Shown here one piece after another: positions 1 through 10,962 of a stretch of 64,000 nt of DNA. The notes below the pieces were generated by a model. The model saw nothing but the letters and a program-made list of their open reading frames with translations. It was not told the origin of the DNA and did not search any database. The translations under genes were made by a program, and so were the position numbers. This DNA is from Parasitella parasitica NRRL 2501 (lineage: Eukaryota; Fungi; Mucoromycota), in NCBI GenBank assembly GCA_025201805.1, contig MU619307.1, positions 1 through 64,000 of the forward strand, read 5' to 3'. Position 1 is the first letter of the stretch. Each line of letters begins with the position of its first letter.

Positions 1-206
1 TTAATAAGGTTTGACACTTCTTGTCAAACATCAGATGTTATGTGGATAAACATTGATTGGGATATATTTTAGTATAAATAGAGATCATATCTTATGTCAA
101 TAAAAGTCTTCAGTTTTGTATCTGGTTTTATTCAGAAAGTCTTTATTACTTTATACAAATCTTATTTACATAACATTACGCTGCGCCCTTTGACACTGGC
201 ACAACA
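1..206 (+). repeat. LTR-like direct repeat, copy 1 (5' end cut off by window edge)
   Basis: Near-identical to 1100-1308; ends ...GGCACAACA; contains TATAAATA and AATAAA. Confidence 0.8.
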
Positions 207-374
207 GTATCTATTGTCCATGAACATGTCATGTTGAGTTATAAATAAGGAACATGATCCATTGGGATATGTTCCTGAATTGTGTTCAGGATTGAGTTTA
301 CTTGAGTTTGACTTCCGGTTGGGAAATTGACACATCAAAGTCTTTATTACTTTAAGTTATGTCAAAAGTCTGAT

Positions 375-552
375 TGTTGGATCAAAAAGATAATAAAAAA
401 ACCAAAGGTTAACGAGATACGAAAACTAAAGATACTTTATTTAAGATCGAAATTGCATCTGCTATTTATACTTTTTACAACTACATAAATTTATGGTGAC
501 TTATTTAGATTACTAATTGACAAGACTAATTCACAGTGACAATCTACTTGAC
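375..552 (-). repeat. Possible second-family solo LTR fragment
   Basis: TGT...ACA ends with TATAAATAG and AATAAA on the minus strand; single copy in the window, so weak. Confidence 0.3.
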
Positions 553-1090
553 AGGGTAGGATATGAGGTTATACAGCAAGGGCTACACGTCTTTGATCTG
601 ACAGAGCCTTAACCTTTATCCTGGTGCTCAGATCTGTGTTACTTACAGGAATAACCTTCTTGATTTGAAACAGAGACTTTATTCTCCAATTTACACAAGC
701 GTATCACATCACATCATTGGATAATCTTCAATCTTCAATTGAAGTACATTGCCATGATCTCCTATCTATAATTATGGCAGATCACTGATAAAATAAATCT
801 GCCAAAGAATTACCCCTTTATTCATAATACATCTCTCGATGTATTATATACACATTCATTACACTAGGGTTCTACTGTCTAGCTGCATAATATGTAAATC
901 ATGACTACCCATGATTTACTGTAAGACCCTGGGACTGATCTGAGATCCTGATGTGAGACCTTGCCATGTTATTGATATAACACCAGGCTTATTCCAAGAA
1001 TACATCTAGATCAGATCGCGGGATGTCGGGAAGACATCCTACCCAATCTTCTCTTTGATGTAAAATAGAAAGATAGGTCTGTCCTGGAAA

Positions 1091-1308
1091 TGTTGTGATT
1101 TAATAAGGTTTGACACTTCTTGTCAAACATCAGATGTTATGTGGATAAACATTGATTGGGATATATTTTAGTATAAATAGAGATCATATCTTATTATGTC
1201 AATAAATGTCTTCAGTTTTGTATCTGGTTTTATTCAGAAAGTCTTTATTACTTTATACAAATCTTATTTACATAACATCACGCTGCGCCCTTTGACACTG
1301 GCACAACA
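1091..1308 (+). repeat. LTR-like repeat, complete copy (218 bp, TGTTGTG...CACAACA)
   Basis: TG...CA ends with a perfect 7-bp terminal inverted repeat, internal TATA and polyA signal; direct repeat of 1-206. No clear PBS or PPT seen. Confidence 0.75.
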
Positions 1309-1419
1309 CCTGGGACTGATCTGAGATCCTGATGTGAGGCCTTGCCATGTTATTGATATAACACTTATACAAATAACATTTAAATAACATTACGCTGCGC
1401 CCTTTGACACTGGCACAAC
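1309..1419 (+). repeat. Mosaic repeat: copy of 928-983 followed by a third partial copy of the LTR 3' end
   Basis: 1309-1364 matches 928-983 (CCTGGGACTGATCTGAGATCC...ATAACAC, one mismatch); the next segment repeats ATAACATTACGCTGCGCCCTTTGACACTGGCACAAC. Confidence 0.8.
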
Positions 1420-3204
1420 CTTGTAGCTTATTCCTTATTTGTAAAAGAATTGCCAACAATTAATATCATGATCCATGCATTAGATAAGACATATGTAGCC
1501 TTTATATGGATACAACATAATAAACATTTCAGTTACCTAAAGGTATACTCATAAAGATCTTGCCTATAAACAAGTCCATAAATTTTTTATATCTACAATA
1601 CATCAATCAATGTTGTAGTTGAAGTAAAAAAAAAAGTGTAAAAAACAACGATAGATACAATTTAATTCCTTCTTTATTATTTTTGAAATAGGAGAATGAC
1701 GTGCAAAGGTTAGGCATTTCTACTCTATTTATATTTGTTGTTGTAAGCGGTTTTTCTGTCAGTTACGCCGTAAATGTCAGTCGAACCAAGTTCAAGTTTG
1801 TTTGTATTTGATTTTACATAATCAAGTACGGTATTCTAATATCGATGTTTCCGACACTTTTGAAAATGACATGCATGGACCAGTCCTAACATTGGTATAT
1901 GCGTTCCAACTGTGGTTTGTGGTTCGATTTCTTTTAGTTGATTCTTAATTGATTATGAATGCTTCGCGGTTTCACGGTTGGATATTTAGGTAATCTGTTT
2001 GTTTGCTTGATTCGGAATCTCTAAGGTAGCTCCGTAAGAGATGACATTCAATTACTTTTTTGTGGGAAGTTCTATCACAGTAGCTGTGTGAAATTACTAG
2101 TAAAAAATATGTAAAAAAATACTTTTTAAAACTGTTATTTATTTTTTAGATCAAGCTCATCAAATGTCAATTAAAAACTATCTTTTTATACTAGTTTTCC
2201 AAGGGTAAATGATTATGGATTTAAAGCTAAATTATATTGGATTATTCATCCAGGACGTTTTGGCAGCAAGGATTGATAAAGAGATAACCAATGGCAGATT
2301 TGACGAGTGTTGGAGTTGTTTCTATTTGTTCTTGATATTGGATTACGTCTTCTTAAATCCATGCTAGCCTGGTCTTGACGATTGTAATCTTTGTGGAATA
2401 TTCTGGGTAATTTGAAGTTCATATTGATACTATTTACGGAGATTCTTTTTATGTGATGATCAGTTTATACTGATCTATAACAAGCTGTCAATTTCTATCT
2501 TCATCAACATCTGCATTTAACCTTTCTGTCAGGTTTATCGATCCATCATGCATCACACCATCATGGTATATTTCTTCATTTTTTAGATTCCACATTTAGT
2601 ATAAATAGCAATAGTTTATTCATAGCCATGAGAGGATCCTCATCCAAACATAAAACAAAAAAAACATTTGGTTATTCGATGCAAAACACAAAGAGTCGAA
2701 CATATTTAGAAAAACGAAAAATAGAAAGAAAAAATTATATTAGAACTGAATATATTTATTTTGCTATTCTAGGATTGAATGAGGATTTTCACTAGTGTAC
2801 ATTTTGAAGGTTTTTATGGTTATTTAACGGTGCCGCAGCAATAGGACCATGATCTAGGATAAGGGATAATTGGGTACGGCTTGAACCAATCCCTCAGAGC
2901 TTAGTGGATAAGAGTTTCCGAATTACCAGTAAAACAAGATCACAGATACGTATAAAGGATAGAATGTTCTTCATATTAGCTTTTAGTGGAAGAACATTCA
3001 TCAGGGTTTAACACCGATTTCAGGAACTAAATGTCATAGGACATCACCACTCCAATACTGTGACAAAGATCTGCCATTCAATGGCACCACTCATGTCTCT
3101 TTGCCGTGTCTAAATAAAGTCATCCCCTTCTACTACGCATTTCTACTCATGCTCGCTTTGTATGTATTATACAGAGTATAATACATTACCGCTTAGCTTT
3201 GATC

Positions 3205-3728
3205 TGTATCCTCAACATTGTCGTCATTGCAATAGTGTACACTAACATGGTCGTTGAGAATTTTGAGCAAAAGGTTTCATATTTTCTTCAATATAAAATG
3301 CAGATGGTCTTGCCTCCAAGTACAAACAAAAATTACTGTATATAAACGATACAATTTAGTTACATATAATGAATAGGATTGCAAAGTAGAAATTGTACAA
3401 TTCGAACGAGAATAAAACAAAGGTAACCCTCATTGTTTTTGATGCTGGTCTTTTTGGTAAAGTTCAAAGGGTCAAAGTGCAAAGTTTTATCAAACATTGA
3501 AATAAAAAGAGTCTGAAGGAGAAGTCAATTGTTATCACCATTGACGAATACACCACCTCAAAATTATGCAGCCTCTGTTTGTCCAAAAGCTTGAATGCCA
3601 AGACACACTGTTTCAAAGGAGTTGATGTTCTGTCTTGTAAAAGCTGACAAAAGATCTGGTAAAGAGACGTTAATGCAGCTCGAAACATGATGGCCCTATC
3701 TCAATCAATCTGGTGTGGAAAAGAATGA
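3205..3728 (+). pseudogene. Decayed, internally deleted Fanzor (eukaryotic TnpB-like RuvC nuclease)
   Basis: Manual translation of frame 3 from 3423: VTLIVFDAGLFGK...IVITIDEYTTSKLCSLC...VLSCKS*QKIW*RDVNAARNMMALSQSIWCGKE*. This is RuvC-II (DEY-TS), CxxC..CxxC zinc ribbon, then RuvC-III (RDxNAAxN). Upstream frame-1 piece IAIVYTNMVVENFEQKVSYFLQYK resembles the N-terminal helical region. Confidence 0.78.
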
Positions 3729-3923
3729 AAAGAAGCAGCAAACACGAGTGCCCCTGAAAAGGCTTTACATTTTTACATAAAATCTTCAGCTGTTTAAAAA
3801 CTGATTTTTTTCTGCCCAAAAGTTTATTTATACATTTATAAAAACGCCTCAAGTGGAAACACTGTAAATGTTGTACATAGATATGTGTCATATAGAAATG
3901 CCATAAAAGTAGAAGAGTGATCC

Positions 3924-6410
3924 TCAATCATCTTGTAACGCTACATCAGCATCTTGAAGCCTGGACACCAGTTCACTTTCCTGTTCAACTTCATGTCTCT
4001 TCATTTCAGGAATCAGGCGATCTTCTAAAGCTAGCTCATACACTTGATTGTATTCATGAACAGGCCCTTGGAAGTGGCCTCTATCCCAGCCTAAATTGAA
4101 CGCACTGCGAATCATTCTCAGAATAAATTCTTCGCGTAAAGCTTTGACTTGTCTATTTTTTGCAAAATCTACAGTAGCATCTTTTATCGCCAGCTCCAAA
4201 GATGAATTATCTTCATGGTCATAAACGTAGCCATTAAAGTATTCATAACTAGTAACCACCGAGCCTTTTTCTGTCATGACGGTGGGATCCAAAAGAGCTA
4301 CATTTACCTTGCGCTTTCCAGCTCTACCGGCAGGTCGATCGATGATTGATTCATGCAAACTACCAGTACCTGTTGTAATCACAGCAGAGCCGAAAATCAT
4401 ACCCTCTACTGTTTCTAAACCGAGGCTATCATTGGGGTTAGGTGCAAATACGAAATCAGCCGCTGCTCGACAAAATATGCCCAACTGACGTTGTTCTTTG
4501 CCAGAAGCAATTAGTGATACATGATCAGGATATAAACTTTGCAATTTCTCCAATTTTTCGATAGGGAAATCTCTTTGGTTTCCCAGAATCACAAATCGCA
4601 TATTGTGTTTAACGAAATATTCAGTTGCTTTTTCAAAGATTTCAAGGCCCTTATTCCTTTCCAAGGCGCCTCTAAATAAAACAACAGGTCGCTTCATGTC
4701 TTGTTCTGTAAACAAATCCCTCTTGATGAGATACCTCTTGGAACGGTCTTTGAGCACAAATGTAAAGTCATTGGGATTATCAGACAGTGTCCAATAAGTT
4801 GGATTCTCGGGAACATCAAGGGCCAAAGCGTGCAAAGGGTCTGTGGAATGTATCGCGGGTTGATCTGTAACCATATTAAGCGCATATTGAGGAAATCCCA
4901 TGTTACGATTAATCAGCTTGTCAGTTTTGAAAGGATATTCTGAGCTGTAGTAGTCAATTGCATTGCTGATGCCATAAAAACGAGCACTCTCAGTCTTTAA
5001 TAGTAAACTGTCCATCACGAGCTCCTTTAAGTGAAAATCACGGCGACCTTCCACTATATCCGCAGCCATAGAACGACTGGCAAAGGTAACTGCATCCGCA
5101 CGATCGATGGCTAGCCTTGACATGAACATTTTCCCACCATATACATATTTCCTAAGTGCTTCTCTTTCAGACGTACGCTCCAAAAACTTTCTGACGCTTC
5201 GAAACGAATTGTGATACTGAACCTCATCTTGATGATCATGCATGGTATAAACGATAGCAGGTGGTCTAGGCCCCAGGTCATCAGCATCCTTTTTATCTTG
5301 CAAAAATTTGGTTACATAGGCGTTGGAAGCACCATGTACATGCACAATATCAACTCTGGGCACAATACGAATTGGGGCAAAGATGGATTCCTCATCGGCA
5401 GCGGTCGCTTTATGAGCTAAGAATGCAGCAGCAGCCTTTGCAAAGTATAGATCTCTCCATTCGTTTGGCAGCTCGTTTTGTGTGTTGATGTCATTGACTG
5501 TTCGACATTTGAAAGCTTGGTTGAATGGTTTTCTGTTGGCGTGTCCAATCATATAAACAGGCACGACATCAGTAGGAGCAGCAGGGCGTTGAGGCGTGAT
5601 CAAGACTGACGTGTTTACGTTGTTAATCATCTGCCATTCATACTTGCTTGGCTTTTGGACAGGCGGGTTAAATGCATGCATCATTTTCCACACTCGAAAC
5701 TCTACAGACACAACTTGACTAGATTTTTTGCCACGGATATCGATTGTCATGTCAATTTCTTTATCAGTGATCCATCTCCTCATAAATGTGTAGAACGGCA
5801 TGACGATAGCAACCTGGGTTAGATTGGATGCTTGCTGTGCTGCTGCCAATGCTGTCACAGTTCTCCCCACTGACGACAATGTGGCGGGCCCAAATTCTTT
5901 CGTTACATGATACACCTGCGTCCCCTTTTCAATTTGACTTTCGACACTTGTGTCTAGATGAGTATATGCCTTGATCGGATACTGTCTTTTGACTGCGAAA
6001 CCAGAATCAAATCTTTAGACGAGGCTTTCCAGACAGTTGCAATTCAACTTACCAATTCTGATGGGAGTAGCTTCTTGTTGTGCAAGTTTGTAGCTATTGG
6101 TGATCGTGAGCAACTCAGTTGCCATCAAGAAAAAGATGAATATTCCCAGGAAATCCCACCACCTCCATTTTTTTATACTAATGGCAGACGGCATAGCCCT
6201 TTGATTTAAAGGTGATGATAATGTCAGTGTGGATGTAGATGTAATTACTGAGGTTGCTGCTACTGTTGATGATGAAGGCGATACTTTGAAGGGTGAAAAT
6301 ATGTATGAAGTGATACCCGCCTTTCTTGTTAGCAGCGACCAATTAGATGAAGGATTCAAGAATGGGCGTGGTGTCGATAATCTTGAAGGTGCAGGTGTTG
6401 AACTTGCCAT
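3924..6410 (-). CDS. GT-B glycosyltransferase, starch/glycogen synthase (GT5)-like, with N-terminal transmembrane anchor; 2 exons (intron 5993-6052)
   Basis: ORFs 6015-6410 and 3924-5915 join in frame via a 60-nt GTAAG..CAG intron. Motifs: VAIVMPFY, DIVHVH, VYTMH, ADAVTFAS, YGISNAID, RGALERNKG, ADFVFAP, GSLHESI. Confidence 0.8.
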
Positions 6411-7589
6411 GATGATGACAACAAAAAAAGAAAAGAAAAGGGATCAGATTGAACGAAAAATTTCTTGTTTTATTTTCGATTGGATGTTTGTCTTGATATA
6501 TTATAGTTGTGCCTCGATCCTTTGAAATGGAGCCTGCTTATTAAAGTTACGGTTGTGCAACAAGCAATTAAGGAATCACTTTCATACTTGTACAAGATAG
6601 AAGTCTTAATATCGCTATATTTTGCATTGGGCTTTTATAAGAATATATTATTGGAGCGTAGCAGCTTACATGTGCATTGCTCTACTATACAAAAAGTGCC
6701 TGGATCTATCAATATTCCACTGATAGCTGCTTCCAACTAACCAGAAATTGCAACACATGTTTTGTGACACAATGACTTTTTTTTTTTTTTTTTTTTTTTT
6801 TTGAAAATTATGGACCTATACTGCACCGTTCATTTTACTAGACTATCTTCTTCGCTACAATATCTCGGGAGAAAGACGGGGAGGCATTGTCCGAAGAGCT
6901 CTTTTAGATGAGAAACAACAACAAAAAGTTTGAAATCTTCATAGATACCAATGATCTACTCAAATTTCTGGCTTTTGTCACAAGTGATTGGCCTAGAAAA
7001 ACAAGGTGAATGGTCTTAGGCCTTAATACAATACAACTGGGCAATTTTGGCGAAGCAAGGACCAGAAAGGCTCAGCGGAAATTAAGGGTCTATCGAATGG
7101 GGTTGCAGAATCAGAGTATTATAGTACTCTGGTTCACGTACGCCGCAAGTATTTTCTGTAGACAACCTGGCCCTACAGAATTCTACATCAGTGTTCCATC
7201 AGATTCAAATCGCATTGACTTGATATGGTCCCATTGGAGGCGGCTGGAAAGCCAAGAGCCAAAGATAACTTTTAAGCTGGTTACAGGATTTTCTCTATTC
7301 TGCATGGGAGTGGGAGAGTCTGAAACTTGGAAGACTATGACCTTGCTCAAGAAGCTGAGTGTGTCTACTTGAATGCCTGTGGTTATCAGCTTATTGTATG
7401 GATTAAATTTAGTTGTGAAAAACATTTGATATTTTTTTTTTTTAAAAAGTTCGAGAATATCTGAAATGTCTCCAAAATATTGTTGAATTACATGCAATCC
7501 ACCATGGCAATTTAAAAGTCAAAACTGTTATTTTTTTTTTTCTTTTCTTTTTTCTAACCTTTGTTTTCATTATTGTCATTAAAATAAAA

Positions 7590-9323
7590 ATGGAAGGAAA
7601 TGGCATTGGGACATCCTCGTATTCAGAGGCAATGGATTTGTCTGATTTGGAAGACTGTGATTATGAAAGAAAAGAAGCTCCCAATAAACAACAGCAACAG
7701 GATCCTCCAGTCAAGGTTCGCAAGAAGCCAGGCAGAAAACCGAATCCAGCATCACCAGCACTTCGAAAAGCACAAAACAGGGCAGCACAAAGGGCATTCA
7801 GAGAAAGGAAAGAAAGACATATGAAAGACCTCGAGTCCAGTATTAAAAATATCAAAGACCACCGCGATAGACTTCTGCAAGACAACGAAAAGATGTCGAG
7901 CGAAAATGAAATCTTGAAAGCAGAGAATTGGTATTTAAAAGGGATTGTTCTGTCACTTCAGTTAGTATGTCTTCAGCATAATCTAGTGATACCTCAGCAT
8001 TGCCCACATGTAAATGACGAAACTTTATCGGTATTAGCACAATCTATCCCAGAATCCATCAGCTCTTATTTGAATGTTAACTCGAAAAACAAGCTACAAA
8101 TATCACAGAAACTAGTGAATGGGTCACCTGAATTCTCCAGCTTAAACTTGCAACCACAGCAGCCGCAGCATCCTTATCCCCACCAATTACCTTCAGGATC
8201 GTTGGTTATTACTCAGGATGGCGTACACAGAGTTCCAAACACGCACGATGACAGCCCCCCTCTACAACAGCACCAACACAACACGAGTAGCTGGTACCAT
8301 CAGCAAAACATGCCAGATAGCCGACCCCAGTATGCCTCCAGTAATGCCGACAGTAATCATACTTATGCACCATCTAATTCTACAAACACTGTAGATGACT
8401 TTAACAACATTCCACCATTATCGCCCATGTCGTCTTCAACTGCTACGACAAACAAAGACAAATCTGATGGTATGTGTGGCATAGAATTTGGCCGAGATTT
8501 GCCTCTTCTACGAACAGACATCAGTGCAGCGCCGTCAGAACCCATCACGTCAAATCTAGCCGCCATTCAAACGTTACGTCTACGCCTACGATTGCAGTCT
8601 GCCTGTGTTCGTATGCAATCTATTCCGTTCGCTATCCAGCCTACTTTATTACAATTAACTATTCCCCATGATCCCAGAATTGATCTGGTGCCAACACCTC
8701 ATATGCGTGACAGAATGATTTTGTACAGAGACCAATTTGACCTTGATGATTGCTTTCGCTGTTTGTTGAGCGGATCGGTATTTCATGGTGGAGATCCAGC
8801 GATCGCTGGCAATTGGCAGCTGCCTGAGGAATTTTTCAAAAAATACTGGTTTCTGACTATTGATTACAACCTAAGAAGATACACCAACGAATGGAGGAAA
8901 AAACAAGGTCTAAAGGAAATCAACGGTGATATACCGACACTTGGAGAGACCCAGCAGCAAAAGCCTAATGTTGAAATAGCCGGTTTGTCTCAATATACAC
9001 CTCCATTACACGTGCAGCAACAGCACATCCCATCAAGCACATATCCTCAACCGCCACCATTACAGAATGCATATCAGCATACTGATCAGCGTCCAATGAC
9101 ATATGACGATTTATCTAATTATTTCGGTATGCAGCTTAGCAGTTCAACGACTACAGCCACGACTACCAATAACACCTCTTGTTCAGAACCAACGCCTGTT
9201 CAATTAACAAATGGCTATGGAAACACGACAGGATCTCGCTTGGAGCAGCAGCAGCAGCAGAAATCACAATCTGCTTGGGCGAGTCTAATAGGAGATAAAA
9301 ACTATGGCAAGTATCTAAAATGA
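7590..9323 (+). CDS. bZIP (AP-1/Yap-like basic region) transcription factor with C-terminal DUF3425-like domain
   Basis: KKPGRKP...RKAQNRAAQRAFRERKE plus leucine zipper; HDPRIDLVPTPHMRDRMI...W C-terminal domain; intronless 577-aa ORF. Confidence 0.9.
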   Translation: MEGNGIGTSSYSEAMDLSDLEDCDYERKEAPNKQQQQDPPVKVRKKPGRKPNPASPALRKAQNRAAQRAFRERKERHMKDLESSIKNIKDHRDRLLQDNEKMSSENEILKAENWYLKGIVLSLQLVCLQHNLVIPQHCPHVNDETLSVLAQSIPESISSYLNVNSKNKLQISQKLVNGSPEFSSLNLQPQQPQHPYPHQLPSGSLVITQDGVHRVPNTHDDSPPLQQHQHNTSSWYHQQNMPDSRPQYASSNADSNHTYAPSNSTNTVDDFNNIPPLSPMSSSTATTNKDKSDGMCGIEFGRDLPLLRTDISAAPSEPITSNLAAIQTLRLRLRLQSACVRMQSIPFAIQPTLLQLTIPHDPRIDLVPTPHMRDRMILYRDQFDLDDCFRCLLSGSVFHGGDPAIAGNWQLPEEFFKKYWFLTIDYNLRRYTNEWRKKQGLKEINGDIPTLGETQQQKPNVEIAGLSQYTPPLHVQQQHIPSSTYPQPPPLQNAYQHTDQRPMTYDDLSNYFGMQLSSSTTTATTTNNTSCSEPTPVQLTNGYGNTTGSRLEQQQQQKSQSAWASLIGDKNYGKYLK

Positions 9324-9730
9324 AGAGTTGCGTGAACCGGGTATAGACTAAACTAGCTGATTAGACATGATGATGACTGGATCATACAACAAGAATGACA
9401 TGGATCAAGAACCAAATTAGTCTTAACGCAAGGCGATTCCAAATCAAAAAGACAATCTCAATGGGCGTTATGTATATTTCTGTAATAAATGTAAAAAGCC
9501 CAAATTTGTCACCAGCAACGGTTGCGTTATTAATTATGTGCCTGATCTGTATAAACCATGTATATATCATAACAGTAACCAAAGTAGTTTGTTGGCAAGT
9601 ATATGGATGCTGATAAGAGTGCGTTTTTGTGAGCTGAACACGTTATCATGAACAATGGCGCCACATTTACCGTGGTTTCCAACCTTGCTGTGTGCTCTAA
9701 CAAATTGACAACGACACCCTCACAAATGTT

Positions 9731-10427
9731 TTATTCAGGGTTTACAAAAATGGCCTTTTTGAATAAGTCATAAGCCTCATCTAACTTTTCATTAATGATC
9801 TTGACGTCGTGAGAACCATCCTCATCACCGTAATTCATCTCTGTCACAGCTGCTTTCAAGCGATCCGCTAAAGATTCGTCGCTTTCAGTTCCACGCTTTT
9901 CCAGACGACTTTTCAATACCTCCATACTGGGAGGTCGAACATAGATATATTTAGGTTTTAATCCAGTCTTTTTGATAGATTGAACACCTTGCGTGTCAAC
10001 ATCCAGCATACAGATTTTTCCCTCATGTACAACATCTTCCACTGCCTTGAGGGAAGTGCCTAAAAACAAATGAATAAGGAAACCCCACACAAGCAAAGCC
10101 CTCATTGTTGCATGCTTACCATACATATTTCCTGAATAGATAGCACTTTCAATGAACTTGCCCTCCTGAACTTGCTTAATCATGTCATCTTTCTCAACAA
10201 AATAATAATCTTTGCCATCTATTTCTCCAGAGCGAGGCTTGCGGGTAGTATCTTTTTTTTTTTTTTTTTTTTTTTTAGTTTCTTTGATGGCTACGAAAGA
10301 ACTCCAACTTACGAGAAACGCTGAAGCCAAAAGTATCGGGAAAGTCGCGAAAAAGACGCTTCAACAACGTGGATTTTCCAGAACCAGAAGGCCCAAATAT
10401 GACAAAGATCTTGGCAGCAGTTTGCAT
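9731..10427 (-). CDS. GUK1: Guanylate kinase, 3 exons
   Basis: Exon 1 (not in ORF track) MQTAAKIFVIFGPSGSGKSTLLKRLFRDFPDTFGFSVS, then HTTRKPRSGEIDGKDYYF, GNMYGTS, LDVDTQG, RLEKRGTE. Confidence 0.93.
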
Positions 10428-10740
10428 TGTGTTGTGAAAAATAAAACGCTTGGAATTGTGCCTTTGTGGGATTCATTCTATAAGAAAGAATTTTCCAACG
10501 GTCACTGGGCAGTGTTATTGACCAGCCGACAGCCACCAAGCTGTTGCAAGCATCAAATGATAAATACAAAGGGCATCTCACCATTGTTAAGCCCTCGACA
10601 TGGGAAGAATCGCTCTCTCTCTTTCAGCAGATGACAGTAACCATTGTTGTCATACAAATAGCAGGAAGGCTCAAATGATTTTTCGTATAAATATCCGCAT
10701 TTCTTGACGTATTACCATCTTAAAATTAAAAATAATAACC

Positions 10741-10962
10741 ATGGCACATCAATCAAGATTCAGAGAGCTTGATATCAATGACCCAATCTACAGGATTGAT
10801 ATCTCCACGCCAACTTCGTCAAAAACTCCTCAAACTTTGTCTGCTCCATCATTAAATTCTACGGCAAATTCATCAGGCACTTCGTCCAAGAACGAAAAAT
10901 TAAAAAAGTCGAGTTTCTTTAGCCGATTCTTAATAATAAGAAAGAGAATACGCTCCAGTTAA
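10741..10962 (+). CDS. Small Ser/Thr-rich protein with basic C-terminus (73 aa), unknown function
   Basis: TATAAATA at 10686-10693, A-rich start context AATAATAACCATG; divergent from GUK1; stop codon overlaps the Harbinger left end. Confidence 0.5.
   Translation: MAHQSRFRELDINDPIYRIDISTPTSSKTPQTLSAPSLNSTANSSGTSSKNEKLKKSSFFSRFLIIRKRIRSS

Noticed and set aside
7010-7372. 120-aa + strand ORF, considered as a tyrosine-recombinase (DIRS/Crypton) remnant
   Set aside because: No R-H-R-Y or other diagnostic motifs; cannot support a call.
10321-10360. Apparent frameshift in GUK1 exon 1
   Set aside because: Careful reading gives in-frame KRLFRDFPDTFGFSVS; the odd ORF in the track is an intron artefact.
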